Virus record (IMG/VR): IMGVR_UViG_3300035565_000044
Location: 36,523 to 100,522 of that record
Origin: a virus
Reading direction: 5' to 3' (one strand)
DNA: 64,000 nucleotides
The notes under the pieces are model-generated. The model was not told where the DNA came from. It saw only the letters and a program-made list of their open reading frames with translations, and searched no databases. Every line of letters starts with the position of its first letter. The stretch's first letter is position 1. The translations under genes were made by a program, and so were the position numbers. Of the stretch, positions 9,801-17,506 are shown one piece after another.

Positions 9801-9811
9801 CATGTGAAACA
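9796..9811. promoter_or_regulatory. parS-like site overlapping the last unit of array D
   Basis: CGTTTCATGTGAAACA. Confidence 0.7.
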
Positions 9812-9848
9812 ATGCGCTACCTTGACAAAATCGTTGAGATAGCGCATT

Positions 9849-10235
9849 GTGCTTTTGTATGCAAAATTGAAAGGGATGAATATGTCTGAAGGGAATCAGT
9901 ACAACTCTGGCGCCCGACCACGGGCTAACAGACTTTTACTCGGAAAGTTATACGAAAAGACTAGTCAGAGTGGACAAAAGTATTTTCAAGGCGTTCTTGG
10001 ATTTCTAAAAGTCCTTGTTTTTCATGATGATAACGCGGAAGCGGGCAACGAATGGAATTTTTTCGTTGTAGAACGTGATCCTTCAGAAACTAAGCCTCGT
10101 CAGATTAGTGGTCCACCTCAGCACCAGCCCAACGCTGTAGGCCAAGGCGGCGGATATGGCGCTCAGACGGCCCCCCGCCCCATACGCCAGCCGCGACAGT
10201 TGCCTCCAGAAGGTGGGAGCAATGACCCTTTCTAA
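9849..10235 (+). CDS. Putative ssDNA-binding protein
   Basis: GKLYEKTSQSGQKYFQG beta-rich core, Gly/Gln/Pro tail ending DPF like SSB tips. Confidence 0.55.
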   Translation: MLLYAKLKGMNMSEGNQYNSGARPRANRLLLGKLYEKTSQSGQKYFQGVLGFLKVLVFHDDNAEAGNEWNFFVVERDPSETKPRQISGPPQHQPNAVGQGGGYGAQTAPRPIRQPRQLPPEGGSNDPF

Positions 10236-10776
10236 GCCTCCTAGAGGGTTCCTGACGCCTAGATGGGCGACAGAGGCTTTACTGTCCCATGTCGAACATT
10301 TGGTCAATGGCCTGGAGCCTGCGGCTGGTCAGGGGGGAATATCGAGAGTCTTGAAAGAAAGTGGTAAAAAAGTCGAATCTTTTGATATTTACGAGCACAA
10401 GGACGATGGAATAACGGTTAACCGGCGTAACTTCCTCAGTCAGCATTGGGACGTTAAATATTCAAACTTTCGAATGAAACTGAAAGCTTCGGATGGCGGG
10501 ATTATCTGCCATCCACCCCAGCATCTATTCAAACAGTTTATCAAGAAAGCATTGACGCTAACCGAGCACCACGGGACAGTGGCGTTCTGGCTTAGTCATT
10601 CAATTGACACAGAGCTCTGCTACCAGGAGTTCTTCCATGGAAGCGACGCATTTTATAAAAAGATCGTTCCAATTCAAAGACTAAGACTATCGGATGATAC
10701 TCTGGAGCCAATGGCGTGGTATATCTGGAGACATGGATATGGGGGAGTTCCGACTCTTCATTATGAAATAATTTAG
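10222..10776 (+). CDS. DNA amino-methyltransferase-like protein with altered catalytic motif
   Basis: FLTPRWATEALL, LEPAAGQG SAM-binding motif, HPPQ in place of NPPY. Confidence 0.65.
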   Translation: MTLSKPPRGFLTPRWATEALLSHVEHLVNGLEPAAGQGGISRVLKESGKKVESFDIYEHKDDGITVNRRNFLSQHWDVKYSNFRMKLKASDGGIICHPPQHLFKQFIKKALTLTEHHGTVAFWLSHSIDTELCYQEFFHGSDAFYKKIVPIQRLRLSDDTLEPMAWYIWRHGYGGVPTLHYEII

Positions 10777-10922
10777 GTGAGTAATGGGGCGTATGAGGAA
10801 TAGAGCGGTTGATGGAGTGCGCCGCCATAGGCGTAAATTTTCAATTGACCGTGAGAAGGCTATTGAAAGCACTATAGAGGAAATGATATCCATCATGAAT
10901 AGACTGATTATTTTAGTAAGAA

Positions 10923-11573
10923 GTGATGAGGATGGACTTGACTCTAATGAGGCAAATAGAGGAAACGGCAGTAGAGATATCAATGGAGCCACGGTGGCAA
11001 GACGCTACGGCCGAAAGGATAATGAAAGCCAAGAAGGCTGAACGGCAGGTCCATGAAAATATAGTATATGGTACAAACGGTTTTCCTACTGGTGAGAATC
11101 GTAGAGAAATTTATTCTGCTTTGGACACTCTTTACAGGCGTAACCCACCGATGATCTTAAAAGAAGAGTGGGAAGCTGGTTGCCATTTCTTATTTATATA
11201 TAGAAAATCAGAACAGCATACAAGAACTACAATGAAATGGGTAGCTCAAGTGGATGGAGGCGTTTATGCGCCAGACCCGCTAGAGTTTAAAGAGTTCTCA
11301 ATTAAAGAACTCTATTCAGCTAGCAAGTCAGTCCATCCCCAGGGGCGTACAGCCCTTACATGGCTTATAGAAAACGAATGGCATGATATGAGCCTCGTTG
11401 ACCTTGGAAGCCAATACCCTGGACCACAGGGAAGGGACGCCCAAAGAGAACGAGGCCGAGTCTATCTGCGGCTGGCGCTTAACGATTTAGGGAAGTACTT
11501 CGGATTTATTTCCCCCAATAACGCTTGGGATACCAGGAGGTTTCTGGAGCAATTATTGGGGAAGAGGCGTTAG
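10923..11573 (+). CDS. Putative late-transcription regulator (Q-like/DUF6456-like)
   Basis: C-terminal HTH-like region ending LRLALNDLGKYFG; last gene of replication block. Confidence 0.45.
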   Translation: MMRMDLTLMRQIEETAVEISMEPRWQDATAERIMKAKKAERQVHENIVYGTNGFPTGENRREIYSALDTLYRRNPPMILKEEWEAGCHFLFIYRKSEQHTRTTMKWVAQVDGGVYAPDPLEFKEFSIKELYSASKSVHPQGRTALTWLIENEWHDMSLVDLGSQYPGPQGRDAQRERGRVYLRLALNDLGKYFGFISPNNAWDTRRFLEQLLGKRR

Positions 11574-11935
11574 CGGTTCTTGTTCCTATTATATATGGTT
11601 TCTAGCGCAGTTATAGATTCGCTAGATAAGGCTTCTTTGAAAATCTCAATAAGCTTTTCATTGTTAGGAGTTTCCTTTTCGGTAGGGGCTGAGTCCCTGA
11701 GCGACACAGCCACCTTTGCCACCACGCCCCCAGCATAGTAGCACAGAGCGCAAATAACTTCGTTGTAGTCGCTCCCCCTTCTCTCCTCAGAATCAAGCCA
11801 CCTAAGGGCAGACTCTAGCATGTGTTTACGGGCGCGTCCTACGAGCGCGACCTGTTCGCTATCGCTGAGGCTATCTTGGTGGGCTGACTCCACCGCCGCA
11901 ACGATCATTTCATCAAGCTGCTTTTCAATGTCCAT
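11570..11935 (-). CDS. Hypothetical protein (start MDIEKQ)
   Basis: GAGGAG RBS; promoter TTGCAA-17-TACAAG at 11982-11954. Confidence 0.55.
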   Translation of the reverse strand: MDIEKQLDEMIVAAVESAHQDSLSDSEQVALVGRARKHMLESALRWLDSEERRGSDYNEVICALCYYAGGVVAKVAVSLRDSAPTEKETPNNEKLIEIFKEALSSESITALETIYNRNKNR

Positions 11936-11990
11936 ATTTTTCTCCTCTAACCCCTTGTATCCGTTACGGACGTTCGTTGCAAATGAGAAA

Positions 11991-12006
11991 AGTTTCACGT
12001 GGAGCA
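11991..12006. promoter_or_regulatory. parS-like site
   Basis: AGTTTCACGTGGAGCA, between divergent promoters. Confidence 0.55.
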
Positions 12007-12015
12007 TTTTCCTCG

Positions 12016-12044
12016 TTGACATGGGGTTAATTAGGGCTTAATTA
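12016..12044 (+). promoter_or_regulatory. Promoter for the Y RNA cluster
   Basis: TTGACA with AT-rich -10 (GCTTAATTA) about 17 nt downstream. Confidence 0.6.
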
Positions 12045-12054
12045 TCTCTTCACA

Positions 12055-12120
12055 GCCGGTGGCTAGGAAGTCGATTACAACGTCTTGTGAACGCTAACAT
12101 CGCCTCCGCTTTCCCCCGGC
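12055..12120 (+). ncRNA. Y RNA-like 1 (minimal)
   Basis: Closing stem GCCGG/CCGGC; scaffold TGGCTAG..CGATTACA...ATCG..GCTTTCC shared with RNAs 2 and 3; upstream of Ro60 gene. Confidence 0.7.
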
Positions 12121-12130
12121 GTCTGAATTT

Positions 12131-12268
12131 TTGTGTCGTGGCTAGGGATACGATTACATCTTCTATAGACAAGAAGACTTGCTTGGTTCGATTCCGAGCT
12201 CCCCCACCATCTACGGGGGAGTGTCCAGGGTGGACAGTCGTTATCGTCCCCGCTTTTTCCCGACGCAA
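12131..12268 (+). ncRNA. YrlA-like Y RNA 2 with circularly permuted tRNA module
   Basis: Stem TTGTGTCG/CGACGCAA; T arm CTTGG-TTCGATT-CCGAG; closed acceptor CTCCCCC-ACCATCTAC-GGGGGAG; then D-like hairpin. Confidence 0.85.
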
Positions 12269-12275
12269 CTTAATT

Positions 12276-12415
12276 CAGTGGAGTGGCTAGATTTCCGATT
12301 ACAACGATAGCTCAGTTGGTAGAGCAACAGACTTCATATCTGTAAGTCGTAGGTTCAAACCCTACTCGTTATCCCGTAAGGGGTAATCCATCGTAAATCG
12401 TTTTTCCCTCCACTG
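12276..12415 (+). ncRNA. Y RNA-like 3 carrying a non-permuted tRNA cloverleaf (UCA at the anticodon position)
   Basis: Stem CAGTGGAG/CTCCACTG; D arm GCTC-AGTTGGTA-GAGC; ACAGA-CTTCATA-TCTGT; T arm GTAGG-TTCAAAC-CCTAC; no CCA end. Confidence 0.8.
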
Positions 12416-12425
12416 CTTTAAACAG

Positions 12426-12462
12426 GCGCCGGTTCCTTCGCAAGAGGGGATCGGCGTTTTTT
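12426..12462 (+). terminator. Intrinsic terminator after the Y RNAs
   Basis: CGCCGGTTCCTT/AGGGGATCGGCG stem followed by T6. Confidence 0.8.
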
Positions 12463-12481
12463 GTTTGTAATGCGTAATTTA

Positions 12482-12536
12482 CGTCTCGCTTCATAGCGTG
12501 TCGTGACGTGCCGCAACTCACCGTAACGTAACGTCT
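12482..12536 (+). repeat. Pentamer array E (11 units), candidate guide RNA, in the Ro60 leader
   Basis: CGTCT CGCTT CATAG CGTGT CGTGA CGTGC CGCAA CTCAC CGTAA CGTAA CGTCT. Confidence 0.85.
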
Positions 12537-12553
12537 TGTAGAAAGGAAAGAAA

Positions 12554-13960
12554 ATGGCTCGTACTAATACTAGGACCAGAGCGCCACGCCCTCTGACGCA
12601 TGAAGGCGCTCCAGCCGATAGGATCACAAAAGAGCAAGAGTTGCGCCGCTCTGTGTCTTGCTGCCTGCTTTGGGAGAATGAATTCTATGAAAGCGGTGAA
12701 GACATTGCTAGCCGCATCAGGCGTCTCGCGCTGGAATGTTCTCCTCAATTTGTGTCTAATCTTGCTATTGATGTTCGCAATCGTCTTCACCTTCGTCACG
12801 TTCCTCTTTGGCTGCTTTGCGCTTTGGCTAAAACTGGAACTGGAATTCCGGGGCTTGTGGGGAATACTGTAGCACAAACCATCCAACGCCCAGACGAAAT
12901 TCCTGAGCTTTTGGCGCAGTATTACAAGGCCAATGGCGTTGCTATTAAGGATAAGGGCGGAAAGATCAACAAGATCAAGATGCCTAAGCAATTCAAGAAT
13001 GGTATCGCGCGAGCCTTCACTAAGTTCAACGAGTACTCGCTGGATAAGTGGAACAAAGACGGCGATATCTCCTTGAAATACGCCATGCGCGGCGTCCATC
13101 CAAAGCCAAAGGATGAGGCTCAGGCTCAGTTGTGGGCTAAGCTTTTGGGTAAGGAAGATAAGGAAACTGGCAAGTCTCAGAAGCTTAAGACGGCAGATAC
13201 AGTCATGTCCGCCTTGAGCGCTGGAAAAGAAAAGAAAACAGCAGAAGATAAGAAAACTGTTTTCGAGCGCCAGTTGCGTGAAGGAAAGATTGGATATTTC
13301 GCGTTATTGAAGAACTTGCGCGGGATGGTTGATGCTGGCGTTGACAGGCAGCTCGTTATTGACGCATTGCGCGCTAGGAAGGGAGACAAGGGAATTTTGC
13401 CGTTTCGCTATGTTTCCGCTGCGCGGGCGGCGCCAACGTATGAACCATATGTTGATGAAGCTCTTCAGCACGCGATTAAGAGCAGCAGGGAACTTCCAGG
13501 GCATACTTGGGTGCTTGTTGACGTTAGCGGCTCCATGGACGCCAGTATCTCTGCAAAGAGTGATCTTAGCCGGATAGACGCCGCTGCGGCTCTGGCGTCT
13601 CTGATTCACGGAGACAGAACAGTTATTACGTTCAGCAATGAAATAAAAGTTGTTCCAAGTCGCCACGGTATGGCTGGAATTGAGGCTATTCTCAAGAGCC
13701 AGATTCATAGCGGTACTGAGATGGGAAGGGCCATAAAGTATGTGAATGATCGCGCCAAGCCCCAAGATCGGCTTATCGTGATCACTGACGAACAGAGCGG
13801 GGATGTCGTCCCTGATCCAGTTTGCCAGAACGCATACGTCATAAATGTTGCGTCCTACCGCAATGGCGTCAGTTACGGCCATGGATGGAACCATATTGAC
13901 GGTTGGAGCGAAGCCGTGATAGATTACATTCATGAGCATGAGGCTACGCTTAAATTGTAG
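12554..13960 (+). CDS. rsr: Ro60/Rsr-like TROVE-domain RNA-binding protein with C-terminal VWA
   Basis: THEGAPA, LLWENEFYESG, VHPKP, ALLKNLR, LPFRY, VDVSGSM and VITDEQS motifs; adjacent Y RNAs. Confidence 0.95.
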   Translation: MARTNTRTRAPRPLTHEGAPADRITKEQELRRSVSCCLLWENEFYESGEDIASRIRRLALECSPQFVSNLAIDVRNRLHLRHVPLWLLCALAKTGTGIPGLVGNTVAQTIQRPDEIPELLAQYYKANGVAIKDKGGKINKIKMPKQFKNGIARAFTKFNEYSLDKWNKDGDISLKYAMRGVHPKPKDEAQAQLWAKLLGKEDKETGKSQKLKTADTVMSALSAGKEKKTAEDKKTVFERQLREGKIGYFALLKNLRGMVDAGVDRQLVIDALRARKGDKGILPFRYVSAARAAPTYEPYVDEALQHAIKSSRELPGHTWVLVDVSGSMDASISAKSDLSRIDAAAALASLIHGDRTVITFSNEIKVVPSRHGMAGIEAILKSQIHSGTEMGRAIKYVNDRAKPQDRLIVITDEQSGDVVPDPVCQNAYVINVASYRNGVSYGHGWNHIDGWSEAVIDYIHEHEATLKL

Positions 13961-13974
13961 TTTCATGTGAAACT
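13959..13974. promoter_or_regulatory. parS-like site at the Ro60 stop codon
   Basis: AGTTTCATGTGAAACT. Confidence 0.65.
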
Positions 13975-13998
13975 GCTACGCCCATAGCATGCTGATAG

Positions 13999-14040
13999 GC
14001 CCGCCCCTTGATCGCACCAGGGGGCGGGTTTATTTTATTT
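13999..14040 (+). terminator. Intrinsic terminator
   Basis: GCCCGCCCC/GGGGCGGGT stem plus T-rich tail. Confidence 0.75.
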
Positions 14041-14247
14041 GTTGATGTTTATAGCTGGAGAATTTTGTCCCTTGGTGATAGCCACCTGAGCCTTTCTTCC
14101 GCTAGTTATATTGATATTCGTATAGCCGTCTTCTGTTGTTATGGTTATCTGAGCCTTGTCTATGATAAACCAAAGTATGAAGCTAATCACAGCTATAGCA
14201 ACTAGACCAGCAACGTACAGGTTGATTGTTGATATGATATCTATCAT
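14035..14247 (-). CDS. Small membrane protein
   Basis: N-terminal hydrophobic helix. Confidence 0.45.
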   Translation of the reverse strand: MIDIISTINLYVAGLVAIAVISFILWFIIDKAQITITTEDGYTNINITSGRKAQVAITKGQNSPAININK

Positions 14248-14532
14248 TTATTCTGTCACTCCAGCCTTAAACTCTTCAAGACACTGCCCCTTTTCCTTAA
14301 AATAAAATGGATACGGAGGATGGCAACCATATGGCTGCGGTACGTTATTGCATCCCTTCCGGTTCCATTCATCTATATTGTAATATAGATTAGAATCCGC
14401 TTGGGCCACACAGAGTTTGTATCTCTGATTAGCCGCCTTTCTCTCGTCAGGAGTAAGACAATCGGCATGGGCGACTCCGCAGAGCCGCGCCAGAAGAGCC
14501 ATTATGATTACGGTTCTATTCATTTCGCCCAC
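14248..14532 (-). CDS. Small secreted Cys-containing protein
   Basis: Signal-peptide-like start ending AHA; several Cys. Confidence 0.5.
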   Translation of the reverse strand: MGEMNRTVIIMALLARLCGVAHADCLTPDERKAANQRYKLCVAQADSNLYYNIDEWNRKGCNNVPQPYGCHPPYPFYFKEKGQCLEEFKAGVTE

Positions 14533-15143
14533 TTGATTTGAACTGGTTTTCCCATACGCAGAAGCGTTATTGCTCTGCGCTCTATGCCGTCTTCAGATAC
14601 GAACTTAGCCTCCTCTTTCCACCTTCCATCTTCAAGAGTCCACAGAACATGCGTGCTCGGTACTGGATGCATTTGCGCAAACAGTTTTCCAAGCGTGGCC
14701 ATGGGATCGGTGTCTAAACGAGTGGGGGAGGCGTCTGGAGCCTCTACGGCCTTGGCCTTGCCGAACAGGGTTAATTTCTCCCTTGCTGGCTTCTTGACCG
14801 TCACAACAGGACGTGGCGCTGTTGACTTCTTTATTTGGGCTATGCCGCGAACGTAGGGAACGCCTAGCGCGTCCTTAAGGTCATTCACTGCTCTTACTAG
14901 GTCAGCCTTGCCGTTCGTGTGAGCTCTTGAGTCTGTTGTGTTGAGCGTCACATCGATTTCAACTTTGTGCTCAACATCTTGATAGGTGTAGACGCCGCTG
15001 AATTTGGCGGATGCGCCGCGACGTTCGATTATAACTTTGGTTAAATCAAGCTTGTCCTTAGCGTATGAAATTAATTCTCTCATATGCTTCAGGCTTGAAA
15101 CGTCAGATTTGGCCATGATCATCCCTTTCGGACTGTGTTGCAC
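14520..15143 (-). CDS. Hypothetical protein
   Basis: 207-aa ORF; AAGGG RBS before an internal Met. Confidence 0.55.
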   Translation of the reverse strand: MQHSPKGMIMAKSDVSSLKHMRELISYAKDKLDLTKVIIERRGASAKFSGVYTYQDVEHKVEIDVTLNTTDSRAHTNGKADLVRAVNDLKDALGVPYVRGIAQIKKSTAPRPVVTVKKPAREKLTLFGKAKAVEAPDASPTRLDTDPMATLGKLFAQMHPVPSTHVLWTLEDGRWKEEAKFVSEDGIERRAITLLRMGKPVQIKWAK

Positions 15144-15202
15144 TCTTTCTGTTCGATGTGTAGCCTACGGCATAACGGTTAAGAAACCGTTACCAATTCC
15201 CA

Positions 15203-15231
15203 TTGACCACAACGTTCGTATCGGATATACA
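15203..15231 (+). promoter_or_regulatory. Promoter of the RAMP operon with operator
   Basis: TTGACC-17-TATACA; GTTCG-TAT-CGGAT at 15214-15226. Confidence 0.6.
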
Positions 15232-15233
15232 TT

Positions 15234-15599
15234 ATGTCTAAGTTAAAAGGAAGGGGACTTGTAGAGGAACAGCTCCTCAAATTAGCCCCTAGCGTAAACG
15301 ATAGGTTTCGATCCACGTTTGAAGAATCTGAGCTTGGCGCCCGGCGCTTCGCTCACCTCGTGAGATGGAAGATTGAGCCTAGAGTTCATGTCTCAAAGAA
15401 TGGATGCGTCACGTTTCGTTTTATAGACATAGGCGTGTCAATGACGGCGTTCATTTTTTTAGATAACAGCGCCTTAGATTACAGAGCTAGCATGGAAAGA
15501 GAAGGATTTAAATATACTCCGTATTGCCAGGGGATAGACACAATGGTTAATTCATTGTCTATTATTAAGGCGTTTGGGGTAGATTTATTTACCATATAA
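15234..15599 (+). CDS. Hypothetical protein, first gene of the RAMP operon
   Basis: 121-aa ORF ending 13 nt before the RAMP gene; start uncertain. Confidence 0.45.
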   Translation: MSKLKGRGLVEEQLLKLAPSVNDRFRSTFEESELGARRFAHLVRWKIEPRVHVSKNGCVTFRFIDIGVSMTAFIFLDNSALDYRASMEREGFKYTPYCQGIDTMVNSLSIIKAFGVDLFTI

Positions 15600-15612
15600 G
15601 AAAGGAAAGATA

Positions 15613-16215
15613 GTGAAGATTTGTACAGTCATGCTTGAGGGCATTTCCCATTACTCTCAATCTCGCATGCATTCAGAGCCAGCGTTGGAACAGGAAAGCG
15701 CTGACGAGTACGCCAAGCGCACAGCCCTAGACCATTTGCATTTCGACAGCAAAGGGCATGTGTTTATCCCCCCTATGTCTATCAAGCAAAGCATTGATAA
15801 CGCTGCGAAATATATGCAGCAAAAGGTTCCTGGAAAGGGACAGGCGACATATACAAAGCATTTTAAAAGCGGATTGGCGGTTGTTGAGCCTCTTATGCTT
15901 TTTGACAGTGAAGGAAACCCTGTCATGAAGAGCGCATCCCCCGTTGAAAAACTATGGCTCAACTCCGATGGAGTCAGGGGAGGCGGAAAGCGCGTATGGA
16001 AGTATTGCCCATATATCCCTTCTGGATGGACAGCCGAGCTTCAGGCTCATATTCTTGACGACACCATAGGCGAAGAAGTTTTTTTAAATACTCTCGTGAA
16101 CGCAGGAAGGTTTATTGGGCTTGGAAGGTTCCGCCCCGCTAGTGGGGGATACTATGGACGCTTCACATATAAGCCTGATAGCGTCAATTGGGAAGTTCTT
16201 AGAAACTTCTTGTAA
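15613..16215 (+). CDS. Stand-alone RAMP (Cas7-like RRM-fold) protein
   Basis: N-terminal strand KICTVMLEGISH, FIPPMSIKQSIDNAA (cf. Cas7-group IPGSSLKG), C-terminal Gly-rich loop AGRFIGLGRFRPASGGYYGRF; strong AGAAAGGAAAG RBS. Confidence 0.8.
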   Translation: MKICTVMLEGISHYSQSRMHSEPALEQESADEYAKRTALDHLHFDSKGHVFIPPMSIKQSIDNAAKYMQQKVPGKGQATYTKHFKSGLAVVEPLMLFDSEGNPVMKSASPVEKLWLNSDGVRGGGKRVWKYCPYIPSGWTAELQAHILDDTIGEEVFLNTLVNAGRFIGLGRFRPASGGYYGRFTYKPDSVNWEVLRNFL

Positions 16216-16224
16216 GGGCGGACC

Positions 16225-16755
16225 ATGAAAATAGAAGACGAAGACGGTAAGTATAATTATTACGCCGATATCTATGTTATACGTGATTTGTTTTCCAAGG
16301 TGGAGATTGGGGATACAATAACGTTTTCTCAAATAGAAGAAGTTATGAAGAAACCCGTTGACGGCTCTGTCTACTCCGCTATTCATCAGGCAAAGATTTT
16401 GCTTGAAAGCGAAGATAGAATGGTGTTTGGCAACGTGCGCAGCGTAGGATACAAGCGGCTAACCGATAGCGAAATTATAGAATCTTTCGAGCTCGACCGC
16501 CGCCGCCTCCGCCGAAGGGCTCAAAGGGCTGCGCGCAGATTGACTAATATAAATGACTACGCCAGCCTCAGCAATGTGCAGAAGATAACGCATCAGGCGG
16601 GGCTAGGCGTCCTAGCGGCAATATCTAGAGTGGCTATGCCTAGGACGGTTGAGGACGTTAAGAAGTCCGTAGCTACGCTGGAGGCTCCTACTAAGTCAAC
16701 TCATGCCCCGATTGGGAAGATTTTGGATATCATGAGGGGAAACGTAAAAGATTAG
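16225..16755 (+). CDS. Basic, possible winged-helix partner of the RAMP protein
   Basis: 9 nt after RAMP stop; GDTITFSQIEEV helix, VFGNVRSVGYKRL wing-like hairpin, Arg-rich helix. Confidence 0.55.
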   Translation: MKIEDEDGKYNYYADIYVIRDLFSKVEIGDTITFSQIEEVMKKPVDGSVYSAIHQAKILLESEDRMVFGNVRSVGYKRLTDSEIIESFELDRRRLRRRAQRAARRLTNINDYASLSNVQKITHQAGLGVLAAISRVAMPRTVEDVKKSVATLEAPTKSTHAPIGKILDIMRGNVKD

Positions 16756-16769
16756 TTTCACGTGAAACG
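16754..16769. promoter_or_regulatory. parS-like site
   Basis: AGTTTCACGTGAAACG. Confidence 0.75.
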
Positions 16770-17205
16770 GTGGCATATGAACTTTTTCGATGGATTCGAT
16801 AGCCAGGATCGGGCTAAGATAACGAATATCTCATCTAGCCTAGTTGGCTTGATGGTAAAGATTAATGGTTTGGTTAGGCAACTATCCAACTTTCGGCCAG
16901 AGGGACTTATGTCAGCAATTGAAGACCTGCGCGAAGGCGTAAAGAATGCAGTTGGCAAGATCGAAGCGCTTACAAGCCAGCTTGGTTCCGTGAGTTCGCA
17001 CGTTGAGACTTTGTTTAAGGAAAACTCAGAGCTCAAAATCCAGCTTGCTGACGCCAATACTCAGCTAGCGGCGCTCAAGGGAGCGGCTACAGCCCCCGCT
17101 GAGGCTCATAGTGAGGTTGAGTTGCAAGACTTAGCCAATCAGCTTAAGGCGGCTGTGACGCCTGCTGTAACAGCTCCTGATGTCAATCCAGCGCCACAGG
17201 CTTAA
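16762..17205 (+). CDS. Coiled-coil protein (start uncertain)
   Basis: Heptad pattern; followed by a hairpin terminator. Confidence 0.55.
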   Translation: MKRWHMNFFDGFDSQDRAKITNISSSLVGLMVKINGLVRQLSNFRPEGLMSAIEDLREGVKNAVGKIEALTSQLGSVSSHVETLFKENSELKIQLADANTQLAALKGAATAPAEAHSEVELQDLANQLKAAVTPAVTAPDVNPAPQA

Positions 17206-17208
17206 TGA

Positions 17209-17246
17209 AAAGGGCGCGGTCTCTTGATGGAGCCGCGCCCTTGCTT
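17209..17246. terminator. Bidirectional terminator between convergent blocks
   Basis: AAGGGCGCGG/CCGCGCCCTT hairpin. Confidence 0.7.
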
Positions 17247-17506
17247 TATGATACTTTCTCAAATAGGTGAGCCACCCACCAGCCATCATCTAAAAGAAGA
17301 GTTCCTATATAATCGTATCCGTCTTCTATGGGCTTTCCTGTTTCAATAAAAGAGAATATTCTTTCTTCCTTGGGCTGTTCATCGTCTACGAGAGCCCACA
17401 TGCAGCCAATGCCGTGTTGTATTCCTAGTTTTATCACCTTAGCCCCTTTGGGCATGGATAAGGTGTTATGCTCATTTCCTAATTTATATTTTAGTATGGT
17501 TTTCAT
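17246..17506 (-). CDS. Conserved small phage protein
   Basis: MKTILKYKL...MPKGAKV...MWALVD...YIGT...HLFE pattern. Confidence 0.65.
   Translation of the reverse strand: MKTILKYKLGNEHNTLSMPKGAKVIKLGIQHGIGCMWALVDDEQPKEERIFSFIETGKPIEDGYDYIGTLLLDDGWWVAHLFEKVS

Noticed and set aside
12050-12290. ORFs overlapping the Y RNA and tRNA clusters (also 48335-48756, 49511-49924)
   Set aside because: Better explained by RNA genes or the opposite-strand gene.
12303-12370. Free tRNA-Met/Sec gene or evidence of UGA recoding
   Set aside because: Embedded in a Y scaffold, 5-bp acceptor, no CCA, no Sec-type long arms; UGA terminates conserved genes normally (e.g. dnaB, portal, MCP).
15234-17205. CRISPR-Cas locus around the Cas7-like gene
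   Set aside because: No repeat-spacer array and no cas1/2/3/5/6/8/10-like ORF seen in the window.
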